Shown in pieces: positions 24,865-33,599 of a stretch of 64,000 nt of DNA. Each line of letters opens with the position of its first letter. The first letter of the stretch is position 1. The notes under the pieces are model-generated. The model saw nothing but the letters and a program-made list of their open reading frames with translations, had not been told where the DNA came from and ran no database searches. The position numbers and the translations under genes are program-made. This DNA comes from a virus (taxonomy: Duplodnaviria > Caudoviricetes). The DNA lies in IMG/VR virus record IMGVR_UViG_3300037400_001273, positions 12,034 through 76,033 of that record. One strand, given 5' to 3'.

Positions 24865-25844
24865 CAATTTTGTTAATCATTAGGTTTCCCTAATGTTCAG
24901 ACTATATCTTAATCTAAATATTTAAATTTATATCCTTTACAATAATTTCTTTTTCCTAATGCTACTTGTTTTGCATTTTTATAGCCAGCTTTAACACAAT
25001 CTGTCATTGTATTAAAAGTTTCTAATAATATATTGTTATCATCAAATCTTCCAACTTTTTTTCCTGTATTAGGAGCAACATATTCTCCAGATTTTCTTTT
25101 AATTTTTTTCATAAAAGGGACTTTTTCATAAGAAAATTGATGTCCATGAAATTGATGTCCTTCTTTAATTGCTCTTGGTAAATGTCCAGGAGCAGGTCCT
25201 GTAGGATTAACATATTTAGAAGCTTGATTTACACCTTCAAATTCCATTTCGAAATTTCCATCTAAATCATACATATAAACTTTTTTACGCATCCAAAATG
25301 GATCGTGAAATTCGCCTCCTTCGGCTAAATTATAAACATCAGGTCTTTGTAAAAAGTCTTTATTTACTAATTCTTTTTCTAAAGAATAAGCATCTTGTGG
25401 ATTATCAAATTCTTTTAAAGTAGTTCTTATAAAAGATTTAATTCCATATTTTTTAACTGCACATTGAAAAGGAGTTTTTGGATTTTTATAAGTAGATGGT
25501 CTATAAATATCTACACCACATCCTAAATACCCATCAAATTCATTTGTTAGAGTTTCATGAACTCCTATATAAATTTTATTATTAATTTTACAAGTTGTTT
25601 GATATACAATATATTTTTTCATATAAATTTAAATTTTAGATTTATTCCATTTCGGGGTTTCATTCCCCTACGTCCATTCGGACTAGTCGTTGAACGTTCA
25701 GTGGAGCTTCTACTATAGCTTGCTTTATCCACTGCTTCGCTGCTGATTGCCATTTTAAAGGTTTCCAGCAATTAAGAATATTTATTTAATTTTTCACTTA
25801 TTTAATAAGCGGAGAAGAGCAACACAAAGAAAATATAAAATTTT
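24865..25844 (-). ncRNA. Group I intron 2 in MCP (980 nt)
   Basis: Exon ends in U (GGT) and intron ends in G. Core elements: P AATTGCTGGAA 25763-25773, Q AATCAGCAGCG, R GTTCAACGACTA 25684-25695, S AAGATATAGTCTG 24898-24910. P1 GAGAAGGGU/GCUCUUCUC (9 bp); P10 CACAAAG/CUUUGUG. Confidence 0.9.
24909..25622 (-). CDS. GIY-YIG homing endonuclease with NUMOD-type repeats (intron-encoded)
   Basis: YIVYQTTCKINNKIYIGVH motif and C-terminal KKVYMYDLDGNF / KKVGRFDDNN repeats; lies between R and S (L8). Confidence 0.85.
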   Translation of the reverse strand: MKKYIVYQTTCKINNKIYIGVHETLTNEFDGYLGCGVDIYRPSTYKNPKTPFQCAVKKYGIKSFIRTTLKEFDNPQDAYSLEKELVNKDFLQRPDVYNLAEGGEFHDPFWMRKKVYMYDLDGNFEMEFEGVNQASKYVNPTGPAPGHLPRAIKEGHQFHGHQFSYEKVPFMKKIKRKSGEYVAPNTGKKVGRFDDNNILLETFNTMTDCVKAGYKNAKQVALGKRNYCKGYKFKYLD

Positions 25845-26342
25845 ACCCTTCTCAGATAGTTCTGGGAAAGCGTTAGATTGGAAACGTGTAGTAGCACCTA
25901 CATAAGTACCAGAACGATCAAGTTTTCCCTTATAATCTTCGTCAATGAGACGAACAACATAGCACCAATAGTTATCACGTGTACGTGTTGGTTCAGTTAC
26001 AACGAAGAATTGTTGGAATGTTTCATCAACCTTGAAAATATCATTCTGTTCGTAGTAACGTTCTGTGAAGAACATCTGAATTTCAGATCCGCCTTCACCA
26101 TCACCAATTGGTTCAGCTGCAAAAGCAACTCTCTTAATTTGATTAGCTTCGATTTCCCACTCAAAATACATTGAGTTAATTGACTGATGCTTATCAGCAC
26201 CTTTAACGTCTTGATAGAAAATATTTTTAAGTGACTCAAGAAGGTATGTAGCTGTAAGATGTGGATACATACGAGATACTACACCCATTCTGTGAGGATT
26301 AGTACCAAGGAAAGAATAGAAATCTTCGTAGGTACGTGTCTC
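25845..26342 (-). CDS. Major capsid protein exon 2 (166 codons)
   Basis: ETRTYEDFYSFLGTNPHRMGVVSRMYPHLT...RFQSNAFPELSEKG; length is a multiple of 3 between the two splice sites. Confidence 0.85.
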
Positions 26343-27232
26343 CATAAATTTGTTATCATATAAGCATTTAACTTATATTTCATATATTTTATCATCATAT
26401 ATGTTCAGACTATATCATCACTATTAAAATAGTGTCTTGCACTCGTGTCAAATATCAAGAACTTTATAGGACATACTAGGAACTTTTTCTTTAATAATAT
26501 TTCTAATTATATTTAAAAATTTTCTACCTTCATTCTATCCGCATCGTAACATATATTTATCGTTACTTCCATCAGCTTTAACTACATTCCAAATCATATT
26601 ATAATTATCAATAAAATATTGTTTAATTAATTCATTTTCTTCTTTTGAAACATAAGTTGCTAATCTTAACATATAATGAGGTTTATCGTATCCTTTATTA
26701 TATTTAGCAGTTAAACAACCGTCATCCATCCACCATAAAGCAATAGCTAACGGATCTAATAAATCTAAAACTTCTTTTGTATAAGTTTTTTTATTATTTA
26801 AATATAATAAATTTCTAATTGGAATAAAATGTTTAGATTGTTTTTTAAAACTATAAGTAATAAATTTATCTAATTTAGATTTATCAGATATTTTATTTCT
26901 TAATAATTCTTTTACTTTAATATCAGAACCACCGCAAATAGAATGTAATAATTTAGCTTTAAAAATACAATATTCTTTTTGTTTTTCTCCGTGTTCTATT
27001 CCAATTCTTCCTTTAGGATCAATATATCCGTCTCCTAATAATAATCCAATCAAAATGGATAAGTCTTTTTTAGTAAATTTCATAATTCACATTATTTGAT
27101 ATTTGTTAGTCGTTGAACCTCCCGATCATACGGTTTGGCTGCTGATTTCCTATTCTATTAATCTATTTTATTAATAGCAGCCTGACAGGATTCCAGCAAT
27201 TCACAAGATTTTACATGGGCAAGACATTTTTC
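26343..27232 (-). ncRNA. Group I intron 1 in MCP (890 nt)
   Basis: Exon ends AGU and intron ends ...UUUAUG. P 27191-27201, Q AATCAGCAGCC 27137-27147, R GTTCAACGACTA 27107-27118, S GATATAGTCTG 26406-26416. P10 UGUCUU pairs with exon GAGACA. Confidence 0.9.
26448..27083 (-). CDS. LAGLIDADG homing endonuclease (intron-encoded), 211 aa with one TAG=Gln
   Basis: ILIGLLLGDG and LAIALWWMDDG motifs. Read-through of TAG 26535 adds NEGRKFLNIIRNIIKEKVPSMSYKVLDI, the usual C-terminal helix, ending at TGA 26448. Confidence 0.85.
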
Positions 27233-27274
27233 ACTCATGTTCTGTTTGTTTGTTACAAATTCTGCTATTAACAT
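27233..27274 (-). CDS. Major capsid protein exon 1 (14 codons)
   Basis: MLIAEFVTNKQNMS follows the scaffold gene and joins in frame to ETRTYEDF. Confidence 0.8.
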
Positions 27275-27288
27275 AATTTTAAAAAGTT

Positions 27289-28392
27289 TTAATCTAAGTC
27301 ATCAATTGACTTTGGTTCAATAGTTTTCTAATTATTAGTCTGGGTAGTTTTTACTACACGAGGCTTAGCCGAAGGAGTAGATTTCCCAGATTTACCATCC
27401 TCTAATCCTTTTTTATAGCTAGTTCTAGAAACCTCTTTAATCTGTTGTGCCATATAGTCTTGTATATCTTTTCCGAGTCTGTTTCTTTGTGTAAGGAAAC
27501 AAGCTACTTCAACTAATGTCTTTGGATTACTTAGTGCTTTTTGTAAATAGTTTACACCTGCTGGATCTGAAGAAAGAATGAGATTTGCAACATCATTCAT
27601 ATCATCTACATCCAACTCAACATCTATTCCACCAATATTATTAACTGATTGTATCTCATTTAATATAGTTGATTGGAATTGCTGTGCACGTATTTGCTGA
27701 TTTCTTTGTTCCTCTTCAGCGATAGCATTACGTTGCTGATCTTCAAGTGCTTTATACTCTTGACGTAATCCATTTATTTTCTTAGCAAAGAAATCTGGAT
27801 TCTGTTTCTCATTTTCAAGAGCAGCAAGCAGTTCTTCATCGGTAACATTGTCACCTAATTTTTGTTGAAGATCTAAAAGATATAATTCATCATCCGGAAT
27901 ACTATCTATTTCATACTGTGGAGTTTGCTCTCCGCCCATCTTTTGCTGAAAATCAGCAATAGCTTGTTGACGAATTGCTTCTTCGTAATCCGAAATTGAC
28001 ATTCCACTAGATCTAATTGCATTTATATGTTCTATTTCATCGTCGTCTAAACTACGATCAGGATCAATATTAGAAGTGTTGAGAATGTTATACTTATCTT
28101 CTTCAGGTAGTTCTTCCCAAGAACGTTCCTCAATATCACCTGTGTCATCATCTTCAAATTTAATCTTAGAAGGGTCTTCAATTCCTTTTGTTTTAAGATA
28201 AGCGTAAATAGCATTTGTTATTTCATCGCCACCTTCTTGCCCTTCTTCTTGTCCTCCGTTATCATCATTACCATCATTATTATCTGGTTCTGGTTCTGCT
28301 GGAGGTTCAATACCACCATTTCCATCATTTGGATCTGGTTCTGGATCATTCATTGTCCAATCATCATCAAGTTCATCAATTCCTATTGCCAT
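27289..28392 (-). CDS. Acidic putative capsid scaffold protein, 367 aa (one TAG=Gln)
   Basis: Very D/E-rich with coiled-coil segments, directly upstream of MCP. Read-through of TAG 27328 to TAA 27289. Confidence 0.65.
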
Positions 28393-28405
28393 AATTTTTT
28401 AATTT

Positions 28406-28711
28406 TTAAAGGAAATCATTACCTAATTTTAAAATAGATTTATCATTAAAAATTAGATATAAACCAACGTCTCCTTGTTTAGCTTTATCTTTTTCTGTTT
28501 CAGAAAAATAATAAAATCCAGGAGTTGTTTGTTTTTCTAAAAATTTTTTAAGGCTTCCTGATGATATAACATCATCACCTGTAATCTAAATCTTTTCAAA
28601 AGTTGATAACAATTCCGGGTTTAATTTGTTATTATTCTTAATAATGGGAGTCTTTCCCCCATTAGGATTTATAAAACCAATACCAAATCCAGGTTCCCAT
28701 TTTAAACTCAT
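28406..28711 (-). CDS. Hypothetical protein, 101 aa (one TAG=Gln)
   Basis: ATG 28711 overlaps the endolysin stop; open to TAA 28406. Not in the track. Confidence 0.6.
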
Positions 28712-29124
28712 TTTATTGCTAAAATTTGGTTTTTATGTTTTCCATCTGGAATAGATATATGAACCCAATTATAATTATATTCATTAATTAACTGACCAAC
28801 AACGATTTCTTTATTTTCAATCATTTGTTTTGCTAAATCAAATAATTCTTTATTATCTTTAACAGAGTCAGATACAGTATGAATATCAGCAGCTTGTCCA
28901 TATAAATGTTGTGAAGTTTTAGCTCCACCAACTGCTTGATTTAATTTTGGACAACGATAACCACTATCTACAATAATTGGTTTTCCATATTTATCTCTTA
29001 AAGGTTGCAAAACATTAGCAATTAATTTTTCAAGATTAACTCTTATAGATGGAGTAGGAGTGTTATCAATTCCTCTCCTTTGTGCTGTTTTGCTTCTACA
29101 TAGTTCATCTACTGTAAAGTTCAT
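28708..29124 (-). CDS. Endolysin, peptidase M15 family
   Basis: SGYRCPKLNQAVGGAKTSQHLYGQAADI...WVHIS Zn-peptidase motifs. Confidence 0.9.
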   Translation of the reverse strand: MNFTVDELCRSKTAQRRGIDNTPTPSIRVNLEKLIANVLQPLRDKYGKPIIVDSGYRCPKLNQAVGGAKTSQHLYGQAADIHTVSDSVKDNKELFDLAKQMIENKEIVVGQLINEYNYNWVHISIPDGKHKNQILAIK

Positions 29125-29540
29125 TTTTTCAATAATTTTTCAAGTTCCTGTTTATGCTCGTCAATAAAATCTATTAATTGAGTAGCACATTCTTGTTGTT
29201 TCTTTGTTTCTTCCTCACTATGAGTATTCTCCCAAATAGAACGGAGTTCAATATAAATATTAAAAGCACCCATTGTTGCAGTGAGATAAGGATAATCTAA
29301 GTAAATAGATGCAATCACATCAATTGCAGTTAAACACATCATAGGTAAAAAATATTGTGATGCTTTCTCTGCTGTGCGTCTAAAACCACGACTTGTTGTA
29401 GCTTCTCCTCTCAAACTAGCTTTTCTAACACCAGTTATAAAGTCTAATATCATCGCAGTAAGTACTGCTATATATATTATTACAACCCAAGCGGCTTCAG
29501 TCTATAAATGTGTAAAGTCAAATGTTGCAAAAATTTCCAT
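29121..29540 (-). CDS. Holin, 139 aa (TAG at codon 13)
   Basis: Extension past the track start adds a first TM helix (AAWVVIIYIAVLTAMILDFITG). Also DFITGV.KA, S.GFRRT and E..SI.EN motifs; adjacent to the endolysin. Confidence 0.8.
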
Positions 29541-29573
29541 TTAATAGTTATTTGTGTTTCATTAGTATTCGTA

Positions 29574-29604
29574 CAAATTTAAGTTAAATTTTATTAAAAA
29601 CAAA
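29574..29604 (-). promoter_or_regulatory. Bacteroidota-type promoter of the lysis/capsid operon
   Basis: Minus strand TTTG (29601-29604), 19 nt, TAAATTTG (29574-29581). Confidence 0.7.
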
Positions 29605-29622
29605 ACAAAAATGTTAAAAATG

Positions 29623-29653
29623 AAAAAGTCGAGAGAAACTAATCTCCCGACTT
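29623..29653 (-). terminator. Rho-independent terminator
   Basis: Minus strand AAGTCGGGAGA-TTAGTT-TCTCTCGACTT followed by TTT. Confidence 0.8.
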
Positions 29654-29657
29654 AATT

Positions 29658-30194
29658 TTATACATAATCCATAAGATGAATAGTTGTCTTATCTCTAAGA
29701 GCTTCTGTTATAGATATTTTTTCTTTATTCTTTATTAAATTCTTATAAAAACATTTAAACAAGTTTTTCCAAGTCCAATCTTCAAAAGAATACTCTTTAA
29801 TTGGAAGAGCACCTTCTCTTAAATAAATACTTGTCCAAGGTTTTTTAATAATGATTTCATCTAAGTTATCATAATTTTTAAGACGATCAACACTATTTAA
29901 AAAATCTGTACTATCACCTCTTTCTAAAACTAATCTAAATGTAGAATTAGGATAATTTAATCCTATATAATAACATATTTCATCTAAAGACATAAATGTT
30001 CTTTTCACATCTATTATTCCGTGACATATTTGATATCCATCTTTAATTTTTCTCACACGAATATCAAAATATCGAACTCCAAGATTATATTGTTCATCAA
30101 TAGTTTTATCTTGGCATCTCCAAAAATTAGAAAATAAATTAAATATTTTCCATTTTGCAGATTTATATGTAAAAGTATTATGAGAACCTAACAT
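29658..30194 (-). CDS. PI-PLC-like phosphodiesterase
   Basis: GSHNT...RCQDKTIDEQYNLGVRYFDIRV is the PI-PLC X-domain signature. Confidence 0.75.
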   Translation of the reverse strand: MLGSHNTFTYKSAKWKIFNLFSNFWRCQDKTIDEQYNLGVRYFDIRVRKIKDGYQICHGIIDVKRTFMSLDEICYYIGLNYPNSTFRLVLERGDSTDFLNSVDRLKNYDNLDEIIIKKPWTSIYLREGALPIKEYSFEDWTWKNLFKCFYKNLIKNKEKISITEALRDKTTIHLMDYV

Positions 30195-30460
30195 TATTTT
30201 ACTAATTCGTCTTTATACCAAATTAAATTCTTACTACCTCTAACGTGAATACCTTGTGGTAATTCACCTTTTTCAATATATCTATCAAAGATTCTTGTAG
30301 ACATATTTAAATAATCAGCAGCTTCTTGTTTATTCATTTCTTCATGCGTTATATGTGATACTAAATATTTTATTTCTGTATCATTTAAACTACATGAACC
30401 ATTTTCTATTTTATCAGCTGCTTCTCTTAAATATTGTGCTACAATTGATTTTAAATCCAT
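30194..30460 (-). CDS. Small HTH (excisionase-like) DNA-binding protein
   Basis: MNKQEAADYLNMSTRIFDRYIEKGELPQG...LIWYKDEL. Likely start is ATG 30460 (MDLKS), overlapping the upstream stop, rather than the track start 30538. Confidence 0.75.
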   Translation of the reverse strand: MDLKSIVAQYLREAADKIENGSCSLNDTEIKYLVSHITHEEMNKQEAADYLNMSTRIFDRYIEKGELPQGIHVRGSKNLIWYKDELVK

Positions 30461-30672
30461 GATCCAAAAACAAAATAATGAGGAATCATTCCTATTAAAG
30501 TACCTATTCCATCTGCTGTTAAATCTAGCCAACACCAATGATTACTAGGATTACCTTTATCTCCATATTCTTTTCCTAATGAAGCACCAATTGCTAAATA
30601 AGGGTGTATAATTGAAATTAATAAACAAGCAGTAAAATGCTTAATTTTGTCTTTATCAGTTAGTTTTTCCAT
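30451..30672 (-). CDS. Small membrane protein (DK..HF...KEYGD...DLTAD type)
   Basis: Two hydrophobic segments; the DKIKHF and KEYGD motifs resemble VanZ/YfiM-like small proteins. Confidence 0.6.
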   Translation of the reverse strand: MEKLTDKDKIKHFTACLLISIIHPYLAIGASLGKEYGDKGNPSNHWCWLDLTADGIGTLIGMIPHYFVFGSWI

Positions 30673-32221
30673 CGTTAATTAAATTATTTAGTTCAACTTC
30701 TAATTCTTTACTCCAACCTTGTACACTATTACAAACAAATTTAATATTTGGATCATTTATTGCATCTTTAAATTTATTTTTAAAAATATCATTATTCCAA
30801 ATACCTAATCTTATAGAATCAACTTGTTTTATATTTTCTGTAGGGAATATATTAAAATATAAATTTTCTAATACGTAATTATTCTTTCTTAACTTAATTT
30901 TTCTTTCAAGTTCTAATAACTTATCTATATTAAAATATACAGGATAATGAGTTACGTAATTAATAGTAGGATGATCATGTTCTAATAAATATTTTTTAGT
31001 TTTCCATAAATTATTAGACCAATAATTTAAAGGTGAATTAGGATTTCCTTTTGTTTCTTTAGTTAAATAATGTGTAGTTGTAATATCTTCTAAAGTAAAA
31101 GGTTTAATTGCATATTCATCATCTGTAATATAAATAAAATTTTGATGTGAATAATATTTATTCATTAACATAAACATTTTATTAAATATATCCAGGTGTG
31201 GAGTATATTCTCCTTCAATATTATTTATTTTAGGAATGTATATAAATTTAACCCAAGGAAATTCATTTTTTAAATCATCTAAAAATTCTCCTACTACAAT
31301 AAATTTATATTTAAAAGTACAAAATTTTTTCCAAGCATTTAAACACAATCTAATTTCATTACCTTGTGAAAGTGATTGAACATATGGTAAAATTACTAAA
31401 GTTTCTGGTCTTAATAATTTTAAATGTTCTTCTTTTTTATCTTTCATTTCTGGATTTATCCAATAAAACATTGATAAATTATCATCGTGTCTTTCTTGTT
31501 GTCCACGTGATTCTTTTTTCCAAAGATATTCTTCTAAAGATCTTGTTATATAATGTCTAATATAAATATTTTTATATGTTTCATTTAAAAAATTAGTTTC
31601 ATGATTTGTATTACATTTATTAGAACAAATATTAGATGGAGTATGCATATTAAATAAATATCCATCTTTATATTTATTCATGTTATAACAAGTTTTAACT
31701 TTTAATCGAGCTTCGTTTAATAATCTTCCTTTTGCTGGTTTTGTATAGGTTTCAACAACTCCTTTTTTAGAATAATCAGGTTTAAATACAAGATTATTTG
31801 CTCCATAACACTTCCAATGCATTACAAAAGCATCATAACTTTGAAATTCTACAAATATATCTTGTAATGTTTTTCCTTCTTCTAATGTTAAAAATTCATC
31901 ATTATCAATTATAAAAACCCAATCTATATATGAATGACGTTTTTTAATATGATTAATAGCAAGTTTAAGATAAAAAGTTTGGGGAGCTGAACTTTGTTTT
32001 AATCTAATTGCTTCTTGAAATTGTTTTTCGTTAAGAAAATCTTTAGCTCTAATTAGTTTTACATTAGAATATTTATCAGTAATTTCTTTATGACTCGTAC
32101 TGTCAAAATCTTCTAATATAAATATATAATTAATACCTAAATTTAAATGATATTGTATCCATTCATCAAGATATTCATGTTCATTTTTAATTACTGTTAA
32201 TATACAACTTTTCATAAACAT
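30656..32221 (-). CDS. Two-domain glycosyltransferase-like protein
   Basis: N-terminal KNEHEYLDEWIQYHLNLG...DWVFIIDNDEFL (GT-A, GT2/GT92-like with DxD). The C-terminal domain has NEIRLCL...FIVVGE...NFIYITDDEY (second DxD, Stealth-like by inference). Confidence 0.75.
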   Translation of the reverse strand: MFMKSCILTVIKNEHEYLDEWIQYHLNLGINYIFILEDFDSTSHKEITDKYSNVKLIRAKDFLNEKQFQEAIRLKQSSAPQTFYLKLAINHIKKRHSYIDWVFIIDNDEFLTLEEGKTLQDIFVEFQSYDAFVMHWKCYGANNLVFKPDYSKKGVVETYTKPAKGRLLNEARLKVKTCYNMNKYKDGYLFNMHTPSNICSNKCNTNHETNFLNETYKNIYIRHYITRSLEEYLWKKESRGQQERHDDNLSMFYWINPEMKDKKEEHLKLLRPETLVILPYVQSLSQGNEIRLCLNAWKKFCTFKYKFIVVGEFLDDLKNEFPWVKFIYIPKINNIEGEYTPHLDIFNKMFMLMNKYYSHQNFIYITDDEYAIKPFTLEDITTTHYLTKETKGNPNSPLNYWSNNLWKTKKYLLEHDHPTINYVTHYPVYFNIDKLLELERKIKLRKNNYVLENLYFNIFPTENIKQVDSIRLGIWNNDIFKNKFKDAINDPNIKFVCNSVQGWSKELEVELNNLINDGKTN

Positions 32222-32229
32222 ATAAAATT

Positions 32230-32260
32230 AAAAAAGTTTGCTAGAAATACTAGCAAACTT
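32230..32260 (-). terminator. Rho-independent terminator
   Basis: Perfect 11-bp stem AAGTTTGCTAG-TATTT-CTAGCAAACTT followed by TTTT on the minus strand. Confidence 0.8.
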
Positions 32261-32270
32261 ATCTATATTA

Positions 32271-33080
32271 TTAGTTATTACCAGATCCAGAACCTGATCC
32301 AGAACCTGAGTCTGAATTATAATAACCATCAATTATATTAGTATAAGACTTATTAGAAAAATGTGCAGAAACATTATAACCATCAGAATCGAATGGTTCT
32401 ATAGTACCAAATGTAAGCGTTGGTTCATGTGTATCATTATCCATAGTTACAGTAAATGTTCTTTCATAAATTTCATGAAGTGTGTCATTATAACTTGTAT
32501 GTCCTGATAAATCTTTTATATATATGATTTTTCCTTGATATGGAGGAGTAGGATTATCAGAATTATAACTTGAAAAACGTGGATTAGGATTATATCCATT
32601 ATAACCTTGTAAAAGATTTAATGCTATATCTTTTCCATCAAGAACATTTTTATTTCCAGTACTAGACGTGATATTTTTATAAGCATCATCACTTATAAAT
32701 GCATAATATGTAGTATTAGTTTTTTTATCATACCAATCATATGGTTGAAATCTTACAATATCACATTGTTCAGGATATCCATTATAACCCTTTTTATTAT
32801 CAATAACTACCCATAATGTTTTTATCTTGTGTCCTTCTGATGATACAATATTTATATCAGTAGGATTAATCCAATGACTAAGTATTTGACGAATAGCTTC
32901 AGCTTTGTTAAGATCCTTAATATAAAAAACATCACTTACTGAAAAATTTCCGTTACTATCTTCTTCTCCTATTACAGATACATTTGGAAATCCCATTTCG
33001 GTATTATTACCAGCAATTTTAGCTTCAAGACAACTTTTAAAATCGTCTTCTGTTTCGAAAAGTTTTAAATATTTATTCAT
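32271..33080 (-). CDS. Hypothetical protein with GS-repeat tail
   Basis: Intact 269-aa ORF ending SGSGSGSGSGNN. Confidence 0.65.
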   Translation of the reverse strand: MNKYLKLFETEDDFKSCLEAKIAGNNTEMGFPNVSVIGEEDSNGNFSVSDVFYIKDLNKAEAIRQILSHWINPTDINIVSSEGHKIKTLWVVIDNKKGYNGYPEQCDIVRFQPYDWYDKKTNTTYYAFISDDAYKNITSSTGNKNVLDGKDIALNLLQGYNGYNPNPRFSSYNSDNPTPPYQGKIIYIKDLSGHTSYNDTLHEIYERTFTVTMDNDTHEPTLTFGTIEPFDSDGYNVSAHFSNKSYTNIIDGYYNSDSGSGSGSGSGNN

Positions 33081-33083
33081 ATT

Positions 33084-33455
33084 TTAACAATTTTTATTTT
33101 TAAGTTTCCAAAGTGTTAATGAAATAAGTAATATTCCCATTCCAAATAACGAACCTTCTATTAATTTTATATCTACACCTAATATATTAAATATATTATG
33201 TCTTAATGTTGCTACGCAAAATAATATAAGAAATATATAAATAATACATAATCTATGTACCCAACATAAACCAAATACCTTTGATAAAGTTAGTCTTAAA
33301 CCTAAAGCAAATTCGAATAAAGCTAAATAAATTCCAAAATAATCATATCCAAAATACATTAAACCACAATATACAATACATATTAAAGTTAATGCAAATA
33401 TTCCATATTTGTTTATGTTTTTTAATAATATTAAAGTTTTTCGTATGTCATTCAT
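33084..33455 (-). CDS. Multi-pass membrane protein (123 aa)
   Basis: About four hydrophobic segments; first gene after the promoter at 33490. Confidence 0.7.
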   Translation of the reverse strand: MNDIRKTLILLKNINKYGIFALTLICIVYCGLMYFGYDYFGIYLALFEFALGLRLTLSKVFGLCWVHRLCIIYIFLILFCVATLRHNIFNILGVDIKLIEGSLFGMGILLISLTLWKLKNKNC

Positions 33456-33489
33456 ATTATCTTGTTAATTAAATTAATAAAAATATAAA

Positions 33490-33521
33490 CAAATATATAA
33501 TTTATTAATTTAATTAACAAA
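33490..33521 (-). promoter_or_regulatory. Bacteroidota-type promoter of the accessory cassette
   Basis: Minus strand TTTG (33518-33521), 20 nt, TATATTTG (33490-33497). Confidence 0.65.
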
Positions 33522-33599
33522 AATAATATGTTAAAATTTATTAATTATTTTTATATTATTCTGTTTCAAAACTACTCCAACTTATCTGTATGTGCTTAT

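Noticed and set aside
25794-25844. C-terminal KILYFLCVALLRLLNK of track ORF 25794..26345
   Set aside because: This is intron 2 sequence (P1/P10 region) read in the exon frame, not capsid protein.
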